This document shows, piece after piece, positions 25,849 through 38,200 of a DNA stretch of 64,000 bases. Source of the DNA: Catajapyx aquilonaris (lineage: Eukaryota). A program made the translations under genes and the position numbers. Position 1 is the stretch's first letter. Each line of letters begins with the position of its first letter. The stretch spans positions 1 to 64,000 of the forward strand of contig KZ538185.1 in NCBI GenBank assembly GCA_000934665.2, in the 5' to 3' direction. The notes beneath the pieces are model-generated. The model did not search any database and had not been told where the DNA came from. It saw only the letters and a list, made by a program, of their open reading frames with translations.

Positions 25849-28800
25849 CCCAAATTGACGATTTACGACCCTATTTCTAGCACTATCCCCTGATCTAGCA
25901 TAGGCACTGGCTCTCACATTAAAAAATGCATGCAATAAGAATCCGAAGGCTATAAATTTTTCTATTTAACAGCCTATTTTGGGCCTGCTGCGCAAAAAGT
26001 CAGGTCTATGTTATTCGTGACGCGTTTATTAATTGAGCCTACAGTTTCGACTGAAGTGGGTGGCATGCACAGGTGAGATACGCTGGTGTTCTACAGGAAT
26101 TCCTATCACACGTGGACATCACTTTTCGCACACGCTATCCTAGCTTTGAATGTTCTACGCAAAACTAGATCGATTCCCTCGTTTTATTGCGATTAATATA
26201 CGGCAGTAAAAATGACATCCAAGTATTTCAGGGTGGTCGTGACGGGGAAGGACATATTATGTTTCCTGCATTTGTATATTCTTCTTCAAGGTCTCGCAAC
26301 GGCGGTGGGGGTTGGGCCAAAGGCAAGTTTGACGCATTGGACCTTGACATGTAAACATATCGGGATAAAGACAGTGATCTTATTCGTGGAAAATCCTTGG
26401 GTTGTCACCCGTTTTAATTTGTAGATCAGATCTAGTTGATATCGTAGGCTGGCACGCACGATTGGATGGCGAAAAGAAAGATAGGCTCTATTTGGAGCGG
26501 TTTGTATCCTCTTGGGGGAAGTGGGTGGCATGTTACGTGACGTTTCGAGGGGGTGGAGCCAAGTGTGGTGTTACGTAACGCAGGCCGCATTTGAATGGGC
26601 GGAAAAAGTTCGAGTAAGAAATATGTGAATTTTAACAAGTTTCTCCAATGTGTGATTTACAGCCATTGATATTTAAAATAATTTAAAATTTCATTTAAAT
26701 ATAGTTAAAACGTGGCGTTACAAACTGAAGGCTTTGTGAGAACTTATAAATTTAATTTATGGTAAATACAGTTGAAATTTCAAATATGTTGCTTGAAATA
26801 TGCTTGGATTTAATATGTGCAGCGTAAAAACATAGTTGGAAATATTTCAAAATAAAATATAGATTTTAAAATATTTTCACACTTTCAAGTATTTATTACT
26901 TAAAATATTAACAATTAAAATGAAATTGTCAAAAATTCAAGCTCAGTCTTTATATTGCGCAATTTTTCAATAATCATTCACAAATTACTCTAACATAAAT
27001 GACACCTCTTCCAACAATAGTCGTGACGTAACCTCCCCTTATTTCCGCTCTTCTAATGAAACACAAGGGCTCCAACCCCGGAATAATTCAGTTGAAGCTT
27101 GCCAGTAATTGTTGCTGCGAGAACTAATTTAATCACGGATGCATATCCTAACCTGAGGGATTTAGCACCTGCATTAGCTTTCTGATCCCTGTAATTAGGA
27201 GCGTTCAGGAAACCAGCCCCTATTCAAATGATAGAATTGCCCGGATTTTGCCATTGCTTGCCAACTTTTTTTTTTTTTTCAAATATTTTTTCACCCTCTA
27301 GCGGACGACCGTACAATCAAACATCGGCGAAAGAGCAATCTCGCTAATTAGGTTGTTGATACCTGGCTGTCAAAGAGAGTTTTTTTTTTTTTGAACCATT
27401 CCCACCACCTGAGGGCTCCACCCCCCTAAAACGGTTTAATAAGAGAATGTCGCACTTTCGTGCCAGAGGACTATACACAGTCGGAACCATTAGGTAGTTG
27501 TCTTATGCTCATATTTACGGCCACCTTAATTCCTGCCAGTTACACACACGCACGTCTTTTTTACCTGTGCCTGATGAAAACGGTGGGAAATTGCGGAAAA
27601 GGAAAAGCGTGATAGGTGGAAAAAAATATGTGACAAAGAAAGGTGCAAGTGATAAGTGCATATCGGCACGGTATAATATTGATATGGATCCGATCAGATA
27701 TATAGCTAGGGGGATTTACACTGTATTTACTGTTGGGCCACACCTATACTGTACACACACTAGATATGTGATAATATTGAGCAATTTAGCAGGGTAGCGG
27801 TATGTGAATTATTAACTTGGTCTGACACCAGCTATTTTCATGGTGCGAAATCCATAGTGTGGTGTGGTTGATAGAAGCGGGTGTATTATGGGTTTGATAA
27901 AAGTACTGTAGAGGAATGTAGGGATTATACAGTAAACAATGGAAATATAAACACTTACGTTAGTAAAAAGTGTTTATATTTGAATTGCTGTCAAATTTTA
28001 TTTAGGTTGACTATTTAGTGTTGATTTCACATAGAATTGAATTAAATATTAGGCCAAGTTGGTGCCGGCCATATCGACTACTTCCATGGGCCGAACCCAA
28101 TGACAACCTAGTTTGAGCCATGATTTATACACCCCATAGAACTGCCCCTCGGGTTTGTCTCTCCACCCTTACCGTTTTTGTCTATCTCAACCCCCAGCCA
28201 TTGTGCCCCTTATACCATTATGTACGAGTCAGACACGTCAAGTAAAGTCGGCATCACCTGGTTGTGTGAGACACGTCGTCATCCATTCCCAGCTAGATTT
28301 GGAGCCTATCAATCACTCCGACACTGCCAGGTCACGTGACTTTCCCATACCTTGATTCGAAGAATCCTTGACATACGAAAGCTTCAAGTCCTTTTCCCTA
28401 TTCCTGGAACTTCCCCTTATAATATTGACACATGGCACAAACAAAAGAATAGCTTGGGTCCTACTAATGGCGACTGTTTTCACTAACAGGGGGTACCCCT
28501 CCCCAAGGAGAAATTGATTCAGCCAGCCATTCGGGATAAATCATCACTGGACACGCCAAGCGTTATGCCGCACGAATTCGGCCCGGTTATTCTCATCGGT
28601 GTCGCGAATTTGTCGATTGTTATTATGGAGGAGTGTGAGAGTTTCGCCATGGCCGGAAGGTAGGCCCATATATAAGGTGTAGCTGCCAGGCTCGACATAT
28701 GAACATTGGTATAAATATATGTACCGATTCATGTAACGCCTTGGAGGTGTTGCCACCGTATATACAAGTCAAGTCATGTATACCGAATGTAACGATTCCG

Positions 28801-28929
28801 GACCAGAAAATACTGTATATGGTACTGGCTTGTAGACAGCCTATTCAGATGTACTGACTTGAAAATGGTACATCATATCTCATATGTACCGATTTGGACG
28901 TCAAATACTACCAGTAACTGTACACTCTA

Positions 28930-29270
28930 ATTATTCATGTACCGATTCGGAGGTGGCATTTTGTGATCAACACTGACTTGTATACAGCCCATCGTTCAGA
29001 TGTACTGACTTCAAAATAGTACACCATAATGTATACCGATTCATGTACTGACTTGGACATAAATACCGTCTACAGTACTGACTTATAGACGGTATTTGTT
29101 GAATCACAAAATACCACCAGTTTAGACGGTATTTGACGTACAAGACGGTACATTGTGATGTGATGTAACATTTTCAAGTCAGTACATCTGAACCATAGGC
29201 TGGCTAAGTCAGTACCGCAGACAGTATTTGTTGATCACAAACTACCATCTCCGGAATCGGTACATGAATT
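28930..29270. repeat. Imperfect foldback built from GTACTGACTT/GTACCGATT units
   Basis: TTCATGTACCGATTCGGAG..TGTGATCAACA and TTCAGATGTACTGACTT are mirrored at ~29160-29270. Related direct copies start from ~28720. Confidence 0.7.
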
Positions 29271-29308
29271 AGTGTACCTATTTTTATCGTCGATAAAATA
29301 GGTACACT
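29271..29308. repeat. 38-bp near-perfect palindrome
   Basis: AGTGTACCTATTTT(T)ATCG-T-CGATAAAATAGGTACACT. Confidence 0.85.
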
Positions 29309-29324
29309 GTATAGCCTCCCCCCT

Positions 29325-29554
29325 CCCCCCCAAAGCGGTGCAAATAACAGGTCACTGTATGTGCTATCAAAATCTGCTATTTTAGGACAATTTGCCTTTC
29401 AGACACCATTAGAATATCTTCCATGAAACCGTTTCATGGAAGATATTCTAATCGTTTCAGCTGACAAAATATTCTGAAAGGCAAATCCTAAAATAGCAGA
29501 TTTTGATAGCACCTACAGTGACCTGTTATTTACACCACTTTTGGGGGGGGGGGG
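29325..29554. mobile_element. Foldback/MITE, almost entirely palindromic (~230 bp)
   Basis: ~75-bp outer arms plus inner perfect hairpin ATTAGAATATCTTCCATGAAAC-C-GTTTCATGGAAGATATTCTAAT, bounded by C and G runs. Confidence 0.8.
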
Positions 29555-30551
29555 TATGAAGGCCGGCTAGTTAAACATGCAGAGTCTAATTGAAGCAATT
29601 TTCACTACACGTTCTGATCGTCACATTATTATGTATACGGCCGGCTATCAGCCCCATGCAATTTCCATAGCCGTTGTCGGAAGTAAACAATAATAATTTA
29701 TACATCAAGGCTAAATGGCACCTCCCCCCTCATAGCCCCCGATAGAAAATTTGTGCGGCCATTTTTCAGCCTGGTAATCGCATCTTGAATCATGCATTGG
29801 ACTTTTACCTCCTTTGCATCTGGTAGGCGTATACAGATTCTCACCGTAGACATCGTAAGCGCATTTGGAATCCAGATCGTAAATAAACTATTGGAAAGAG
29901 CCAATAGAAAAAGAGGTGGGGGGCTGGGGTCATGAATTCTAACTATGCGGGACGGGCACTGCGTCAAGATACGTCACATTTGTGAGAATGACAGGATTTT
30001 ATTGCCACGCTTTTATCGTGTGCTGTGATGGGTGGGACTGATAGAGACGCTCTATTATGGATGGGCCACTTTCTGCCTTGTCGTAGATTAGGCTGCGTCT
30101 TATAAGTGACCGGTCATTATAATGAACGGGTCAATAGTTGTGACTCACTGGTGGAATAGTTACAGAACACTCCCAATCATTTGTTTACTTCAGTACAACT
30201 TCAGAGGTGATTTCCAGCCTCGACTCAGGCTGCAACACGACTGTTTACAAATCTTGAAGCCTCTGAGGTCCGCTCACGACACCCACGCCATCTACCGGCT
30301 AAACTCTCAACCTGATCTTTTAGTCCAAATGGCGCTTGATATGCAATAATTGTCATATGTAAGGAGCAAAATCAGCACTGAGAGTAGAAGATGAACGTTT
30401 ATACTTTGATTAATTGGACGGTGTTATGCAATAATGAGTCAACCCACATGAGAACAGTTTTGAGAAAAATGGCTTTGAATGTCACACTTGTGAAATCAAT
30501 TAAGTGTCATTTTCGGCCATTCATGGCAGCATGATTTGACAGAATGAGGTA

Positions 30552-30749
30552 AGGTGAAGTGGGGTAAGTGCATAAACTGGCCGCCATATTGGAATGAAAA
30601 TGGCTGACATGCTCACCTCTTGTGGGGATGTGATGTGCAGCTACACAAAAGAGTGCCTGACGTGTTTTGGTGTCATCAGCCATTTTCATTCCAATATGGC
30701 GGCGCCGTGTATGCACTTACCCCGTGTATGCACTTACCCCACTTCACCT
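30552..30749. mobile_element. TA-flanked MITE (pogo/mariner-like)
   Basis: TA|AGGTGAAGTGGGGTAAGTGCATA...TATGCACTTACCCCACTTCACCT|TA; ~55-bp TIRs with a 17-bp duplication in the right arm. Confidence 0.85.
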
Positions 30750-31830
30750 TACGATCCTTTTGTGGGTTGACACATTAATGCATAATACCATCCCATTATT
30801 GTCAAAAAAATTAATATAATAATAGCAACTGCTAGATTTTGGACCACATTTGGTCGTACGCTTGTGTTGCCAAAAATTGTTTTGACAAAGTGGTATGGCA
30901 CGGGTGCAAACTTCTGAGTCGAAAAAAAAATCCGATACACTTGTCATGTTTATTGCGCACGCACGGTGACTCGACCTTGGCTGCTCTGCCCTAAAAATAC
31001 GACCCATTGTTACACATTCATGTAGAGGCGCCAATGATTTTTCGTCCGGTGTGGAGTTAGGCGCACGTCTTCATCAACCAAGAATTGAATCATTATTCCA
31101 TTTCGAGTCACGCAACACTAGAAAGAAAAAAATAATAATAAAAATTGACAAGATCCACGTTTGAGATAGACCGTTTTTCCCCATTTTCCCCCCCCTGGTC
31201 CGAGCCCAGATCCAGCCATTATCGGGCCATATTGCGACCCTGGGTTTGTTTAGAACAACACAAGAGTGGTGTGGCACACCAAACAACAGATCCTGTTTGC
31301 TTAGGCCTAGCCTCCCGATGGGTTTGCGTGCGGAAACGTAATTAGGCACGTGGATCGTCAGCAGGCCCAGCAGGCGAAAACGACTTCGCAAACTGTGCCC
31401 AGCTAACGTAACTCTTCAAACCCTGAAACTTTTACACCCCTACTAGGCCCAACATAATTACTAATCCTCAACAATGGTTACTACGTTCATAAGTAGAAAC
31501 CAGCTTCTTATTAATTTTAGTTCGATTTTAGGACCTGCAATCAGACCCCAACACGACTGAATATACGATACTGCCATCTACAGGAACGTCACATTGTCAT
31601 CGAGGTTAAACGGTAACAACGATGCCTGGTGAGAGGCTATCCCATATGGGCGGCCATCTTGTGCTATGCGATTTCTGACCCTTCACAGATGGGACATGCC
31701 CATAGGCTATTCCAGGAAGGCAGTTATTATCGTCTGGAATTAGTTGTTGAAGTTGTGGCAGCGCCTGACAGGATTTTCCTTCGCAGGTCAGGCCTTACTA
31801 GTAGACCCCTATCAGCAGCACGTTGGCGCG

Positions 31831-31991
31831 AATAATTCATGAGCCTGAATGGCTCTGGTGTAGACATTCGGCCCAAGGGTGGGCCCTTAGGCCACTCTCT
31901 TACAACTACAAATTAAAATTTGCTCTTTGAGATGAGAAACTAACGTTAAGGTGCTGCCTACAACGCCATCTGGGTTAGTTCATGAATTATT
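31831..31991. mobile_element. Possible old MITE
   Basis: 12-bp inverted ends AATAATTCATGA/TCATGAATTATT with weaker internal symmetry. Confidence 0.4.
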
Positions 31992-33729
31992 TATAGAAAC
32001 AGTTACATAACAATTACATGGCTTGTTACTGGGAGGTCCCCTGCAAGAATGTTGTTGTAGGCGGTCTACTCAAAATATATACTAGGAAAACGCTCGCTCT
32101 TTTCTAGGCCTACGGCCTACGGCGCACCATATCGCCGGGGAATTGACAGTTTCCCCGGCAATCCAACAGAGCAGTTGTTTACACCCCATTGCGCATGAGT
32201 AGAACGCGGGCCAATGGGGGAGGTGGCGGTAACAATATGCGGCGGACCAATCAGAGGGCTCGGCCAACTCCCACAAGGATTTTAATATTATGGATTTTAA
32301 AGCATTTAATAATCATAACACTATTGGGTTCAATATCATGTCCCATAACTCAAAATATTCCATTAGAGATCAGCTGAACAAAAACTCGATGGTGGGATCG
32401 TCACACTGGTTGCTGACACTCTGGCGTGGGATAATTGGGGGGATGATCAGACGCAGCTTTAAAGAATAATTACCGGGTGTTAATCACCACGTGTGCGTCA
32501 GCGTCGAGGCCTGTAATTTGCAAAATTCATGTGAGCGTCCCATCTAGTCTACAATTCGATCCCAACGGCTATGATCCGACGATCAGTTGATCCCTTGGGC
32601 ACGTGAAGGGGTGCGTTCGGAAGTCAGGTGTGCGCAAGTAATCGACACCTTGTTCCCACCTACAAAACCTGTTTCTTTAACAGCTACTGGACTTTGATGC
32701 TGCTTCTTTTTCCAAGGTGGTGGAGGAGAGGTGCGGGTTTTACACCCTGAGCACAATGGGATTCTCTTTCTGGTGGTGAAAGCTGCGGTTCATCACTTCT
32801 TTGAGACGGAAGCTTCTGGGGATAAGAACATGATGGCACCTGCCTAATTGGATGGTCAGATGGAAAAAGTGGCCAAGTCCAAAATTGCTCAGTATTTGTT
32901 GATTAGCACGATTTCGTGCTAATTAGTGACATCCTACACCAGCCAGCAGGTGACGTTTATGCAGAGGGCACAGCCAAGTGAACAATGACTGCTTGTTTTT
33001 AAATTCAAGTAACTTAACTGGAACTATTTTAAAATGTTTAACTAATGAGACTTCTGGCAGTGATTGAGCAGCAAACTTTCGTCAAAGTAACACAATTGTA
33101 TCGTCTCTACTGAAACGCACAACAAAGTTATGAGCGTCTCTATTGACCAGGGCACCGCCTTGGAGAGCGAGTAGGCCAAATTACCCATCCAAGAAACCCG
33201 TTTGGGCGCAGTCAAAAATTCATAATAGTCTGAAGGCACCCACTCCATCACGCACGATCCCTATCAGAAAATTTGGTTATTACCTCAAGTGCCACAAAAT
33301 GTCACTAACGTGTTGGTTTTCTTAAAACGAAAAGAGGAGGTACGTCCTCATTTCCCATCAGCTTGTAAACGACCTACAGATTTTCGGTCGCAGCCCACCT
33401 GCCCCCAACTTCCTCATAACGTAATTGGATTACTTATCTAACTTTCAGTTCCGTTTGGTGAAAATTGTAACATGCGTCAGACTTTTTTTTTGATTGCTTC
33501 AAGTTTAAGCGCGACAGTCTCACCTGCGCAGGCTGCAGTTATTAGCACGGGTAGTAGGAGGAGTTCAACGGTCATTTCCTACACAATAACTCATCTTTTC
33601 GGGGCAGAAAAGGCGGTTCATGTAGTCAGGCAAGGGAACTACCATAAATATCAGCTATGAACCGGTTACAGCAGCCCAAAGTACCAAAATTTAACATTTG
33701 AAACCCTCGGGATGAATTTTTTTTTTGAG

Positions 33730-34080
33730 AGGACTAAAGATGGCCGGCTGGCCATGGAGGTCACGTCCTGTAGGACCAGAAGACTATACACATCCGGAGA
33801 GCGATGTGTATCGTCCGGATTGCGACGGTGGTGAAATGGGGATCCGGTGATCCTCTTCCCCCGCCGGCAGAGGAGCCCAGGGAGCTCTCCTAGTCCGACT
33901 GCATTTGTCTGTTCTGCAGCCGAGCGCACCAACTAGCGCCCGGAGAGATTTTTTGGGTGGGGGGCCTAATCCGGCCAAACCGCCCACAGCTTCCGGATTC
34001 ATCAGGGGTCTCCTTCATCATCAGGGATCCGGAAAAGATCCAGGGCCTAGCCCCACGGGCTTGGCTTTCTAGAGAGGACC
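33730..34080 (-). pseudogene. Decayed Ty3/Gypsy-like RT N-terminal fragment
   Basis: SPWG*ALDLFRIPD..IRKLWAV, PWAPLPAGEEDHR, SGRY and LHGQPAIF match, in order, SPWASPxVLVRKPD..YRKLNAV, YWQIPLAEED, GxY and LHGAPATF. Confidence 0.55.
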
Positions 34081-34239
34081 GGATTTTCGGTGGCGCAGAA
34101 GGGAACAGATAGAGTAGAGGGGGTTCTGGATGTGGCTTTCAACAATGATCTAGGGGGAAATTTTGGCAGACTTATTTAATTATATATTGTTGGAAAAAAA
34201 TGTACTGATTGACATATTGGGTTATGCAATATATGGTAA

Positions 34240-34429
34240 GCGGGGACCACGTGGAGTTTAAACTCCACGTGGTCCCCGCAACCAGCCCGTAGGTTTGTGT
34301 ATACGCTGAAGATGGGGCTGTATCCGCAAGGAAGGACCGAAACTAACCTGACCTAACCTTCCTTGCGGATACAGCCCCATCTTCAGCAGATACACAAACC
34401 TATATATATGGGCCGGTTTCGGGGACCAC
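34240..34429. repeat. Triple-arm foldback: 40-bp perfect palindrome overlapping a ~160-bp hairpin
   Basis: 34240-34279 is a perfect palindrome. 34269-34335 pairs with 34357-34429, with a loop containing AACTAACCTGACCTAA. Confidence 0.92.
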
Positions 34430-36176
34430 TATTGGCAATGTGCATACGGTGCATATACATAACTTCGAATAATTGGTCAATTTATTCCATTACACAATAT
34501 ATTTAAGAAAAATTGCCTGACATGCATGCGTATAAGAATGCATACTTACTGTGTTGCGTAACACGCACAGGGGCATGTACAGTTGTGTAAAAAGCTAATT
34601 ATATGCTTTCTTTGCCAAAACAAATTAGAAAATTAGTGTTCTCTTTACATCACTCTGGCTGATTTAGGCCCATTACTTGCATGTCTTTCCAACTGGGGCA
34701 GCACAGTATATTCAAATCTTAATTTTCTTTCATAATATAACAGTTCAGCTGTTCCATGTACGGCCATAATTATTACGGCTTATTTAAAAAATAAAGCGCG
34801 GGATATGTCCAGATTGGAGAGGCGAATAATGAAATACATTGTAAGCAACATTTTAGTACAGATACATGTAATATAATGCAGCTTTGTAACAACTGTAACC
34901 ATGTTCTCCCAAGTGACGCTATTTATTATAGTTAGTTATCAATTATGAAGTGTACAGAAAAACTTGCCGGGGTAATTTGACCAACCCTTGCAATACTGGC
35001 CATGGTAATAACTATTACAGAATTTTAACCATATATTTCACTCATATTTTCGCCTCGCTAAATCCACCACAACCTCTGAAAGTATTGTTATACTAAATGC
35101 AGCGATGCGCACTTGACAGTATTTTTGAAAGAAGCAATGCATAACCAAACTCTCACAAATCATATTTGGTAGAATTCTCCCCGTGGTCCTGGGACTTGAT
35201 AGACCAAAAATGAATAATTGCACCACAATTTTTCCAAGTGGGAAGTGCAGGGATGAACTTTTGCATGAACAAATATTTCATATTCCAAATATCTGGAGAG
35301 CAAAAATATGTGGGCCGGACTAATATTACATTTAGGGGGAAGGTAAATGATTACTGGACGAGAGGCCACTATTCTCGAACCTGATGCAAATTAAGCAGAG
35401 TAGCCTCAAATAAATTACCATCTTCAACAATCCCCATAAATATGCAATCATCACCATGTCCAATGTAAATCCGTCTATATTTGGAAAAATAGCAAGTGCT
35501 CTATTCTTTCAAAAATTCTTGTAGTATATATCAGATAGTTATTACCCAACATGCTACAGTAACTTATTTTGAAACCAGCCTCACCATACCTGAAGCAACT
35601 TTTCACTTCCCCTAACAAGATTTTCAAGATGCCTCTGGCTAAAGCCTGGAACAAAAAGTGTCCAAAGCCATGGGGCCGGGTGTGGATTTCACAAATATTC
35701 TCACGCCAACATGGAGATAGCCTGGCGCCGGTTTTTCAACCAGCTCAAGGTGCCTAGAGAAGTGATGGCAAGGGGGGGACACTGGCACCAAAAAGGAGGT
35801 AATATCATGTCAAGTTGGGCACGGCAGCTTTTAGTCAAGAAGTGGTTGCGACACGTTTTGACCAAATTTTTCTTGTCCCTTTTAAAAGTTGTAGCAAGAC
35901 TAACAGCGATGTCTGTCATTAATAACGTGCTGGGGGTAGAACCGGATATGAAAATGTTTTATGTACCTGTCACTTTTTGGCTAATCAGCGTTTGTAGCTG
36001 TTATTTTGCTACCAGAACCTGCTGTTAGGCCTTAAGTTTCCAAATGAGTCGGTGAACCTGCTTATTATTTTATTTATTTGTTTGTTTTCTGACAATCGTT
36101 CATTTATTATTTATATCAGTGCCATTATTCATTTAATAATTTATTGATGACCGCTCTCAAAAAGTCTGAGTGGTTT

Positions 36177-36608
36177 CCACTCAATATGAGTGATTTTCCC
36201 GCTCATTGATTCCCACTCAATATGATTGATTTTTCCCTCTTTTGATTCCCACTCAATATGAGTGATTTTTCCCTCTATTGATTCCCACTCAATATGAGTG
36301 ATTTTTCCCTCTATTGAGTTCCACTCAATATGAATGATTTTCCCTCTATTGATTCCCACTCAATGTGAGTGATTTTCCCTCTATTGAGCTCCACTCAAAA
36401 TGAGTGATTTTTCCCTCTATTGAGCTCCACTCAAAATGAGTGATTTTCCCTCTATTGATTCCCACTCAATGTGAGTGATTTTCCCTCTATTGAGCTCCAC
36501 TCAAAATGAGTGATTTTCCCTCTATTGATTCCCACTCAATGTGAGTGATTTTCCCTCTATTGAGCTGCACTCAATATGAGTGATTTTTCGCTCTATTGAT
36601 TCCCACTC
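36177..36608 (+). repeat. 35-36-bp minisatellite, ~12 copies
   Basis: Unit CCACTCAATATGAGTGATTTT(T)CCCTCTATTGA(TT/GC)C. Confidence 0.95.
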
Positions 36609-37399
36609 TTTTTGAATGGAAAACACTCGATAACTTGTGTTTTATTTATTTATTGGATAGTTGTGGCCACATTTAAAATTTGAATCCGTCTCGTGACAGT
36701 TGAAAAGTCTCCTAACCCCTTCAATGGGTTTTTCTCTGCACGAATGACTCTTATGGCCTGGGCAAGAATGGCGTCAAAGGGATGACTCTTGGTGATTTCT
36801 CCTCCCCTCCAAAAAAAAACACACGGATGTTATCACCCTACTTCCTGAGACCTACAACTTTGCAACCCCACCTTTTCCTCCCAGGGTCGGCGTCAAATTG
36901 CACCGCAAATGTCGCCTTGCTGGTTTTTCGCACCTGAACCCACCCCACCTCACCTCACCTCACCAATTCAATGCACTGCTGGTTTTCCGTTCGTTTCCTC
37001 AAAAAAACCCTTCCATGGAACAGGTTTCCCAAAGACCAGCCGACTTCAAAGGCTGCTCTTGCATGTTCTGAACCGTTCAGACAGTCGTAAGCCCCACTTG
37101 CGCACAATAGACCATTTTTTATATATAAGTTCCGGATTTTTATTTCTGCATCGCCACCTATTGTGTGCCGGATTTAATTGCCCGTCACATGTAATTATTT
37201 CGCGGATAATCTGCAACGGCTCTCGATAGTGCATAACAAAACTGGATATTGCCCTCAAAAAATTATATGGTGCAATTCTCAGGGCGCTCGGGTGAAAAGG
37301 GGCACATGCACATTCCCTCGGTCTTACAAAAATTAGGTACAGGGTGATCCATCTGGCTCAAACAATCTGCAATCAATGGTCATAAAAATGCCACTTAAT

Positions 37400-38200
37400 A
37401 TAATAAAAATAAAAATAAAGGGCGAACAAGGCTGAATAAATTATTAAATAAATTAGCAAATAAACAAATATCGAATGTATTAAAAATAAACAAATATTGA
37501 ATGTATTAAAAATAAACAAATATTGAATGTATTAAAATAAACAAATATTGAATGTATTAAAATAAACAAATGCCGTATTGAATGTATTTAAAATAAACAT
37601 TGAACAAATATATTAAATAAATTATTTGATAAATAAATAAATAAATAAATACTGAACAAATGTATTAAATAAATTATTTGATAAATAAATCAATTAACAA
37701 TGAACAAATATATTAAATAAATTATTTTATAAATAATTAATTAACAATGAACAAATATATTAAATAAATTATTTTATAAATAATTAATTAACAATGAACA
37801 AATATATTAAATAAATTATTTTATAAATAATTAATTAACAATGAACAAATATATTAAATATATAAACAAATATATTAAAAATAAATACTGAACAAATATA
37901 TTAAATAAATTATTTGATAAATAAATAAATGAACAATGAACAAATATATTAAATAAATTATTTGATAAATAAATGAATAAATACGGTACCGAACAAATAT
38001 TAAAAACAAATATTGAACAAACGTATTAAACAAATATTAGTAAATAAATAAAGTGTAAAAATATATTAAATACATGCTAATAAATATATATAGTATTAAA
38101 GAAAGAAATATTAAAGAAATACTAGCCATTTATTGGTAATGATTATACGAATAATTATACACAATAAAGTAGAAGCAATTATAAAAAATTTAATACAGAC
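37400..38200 (+). repeat. AT-rich degenerate satellite
   Basis: Repeated AAATAAACAAATATTGAATGTATT and TGAACAAATATATTAAATAAATTATTT units. Confidence 0.9.
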
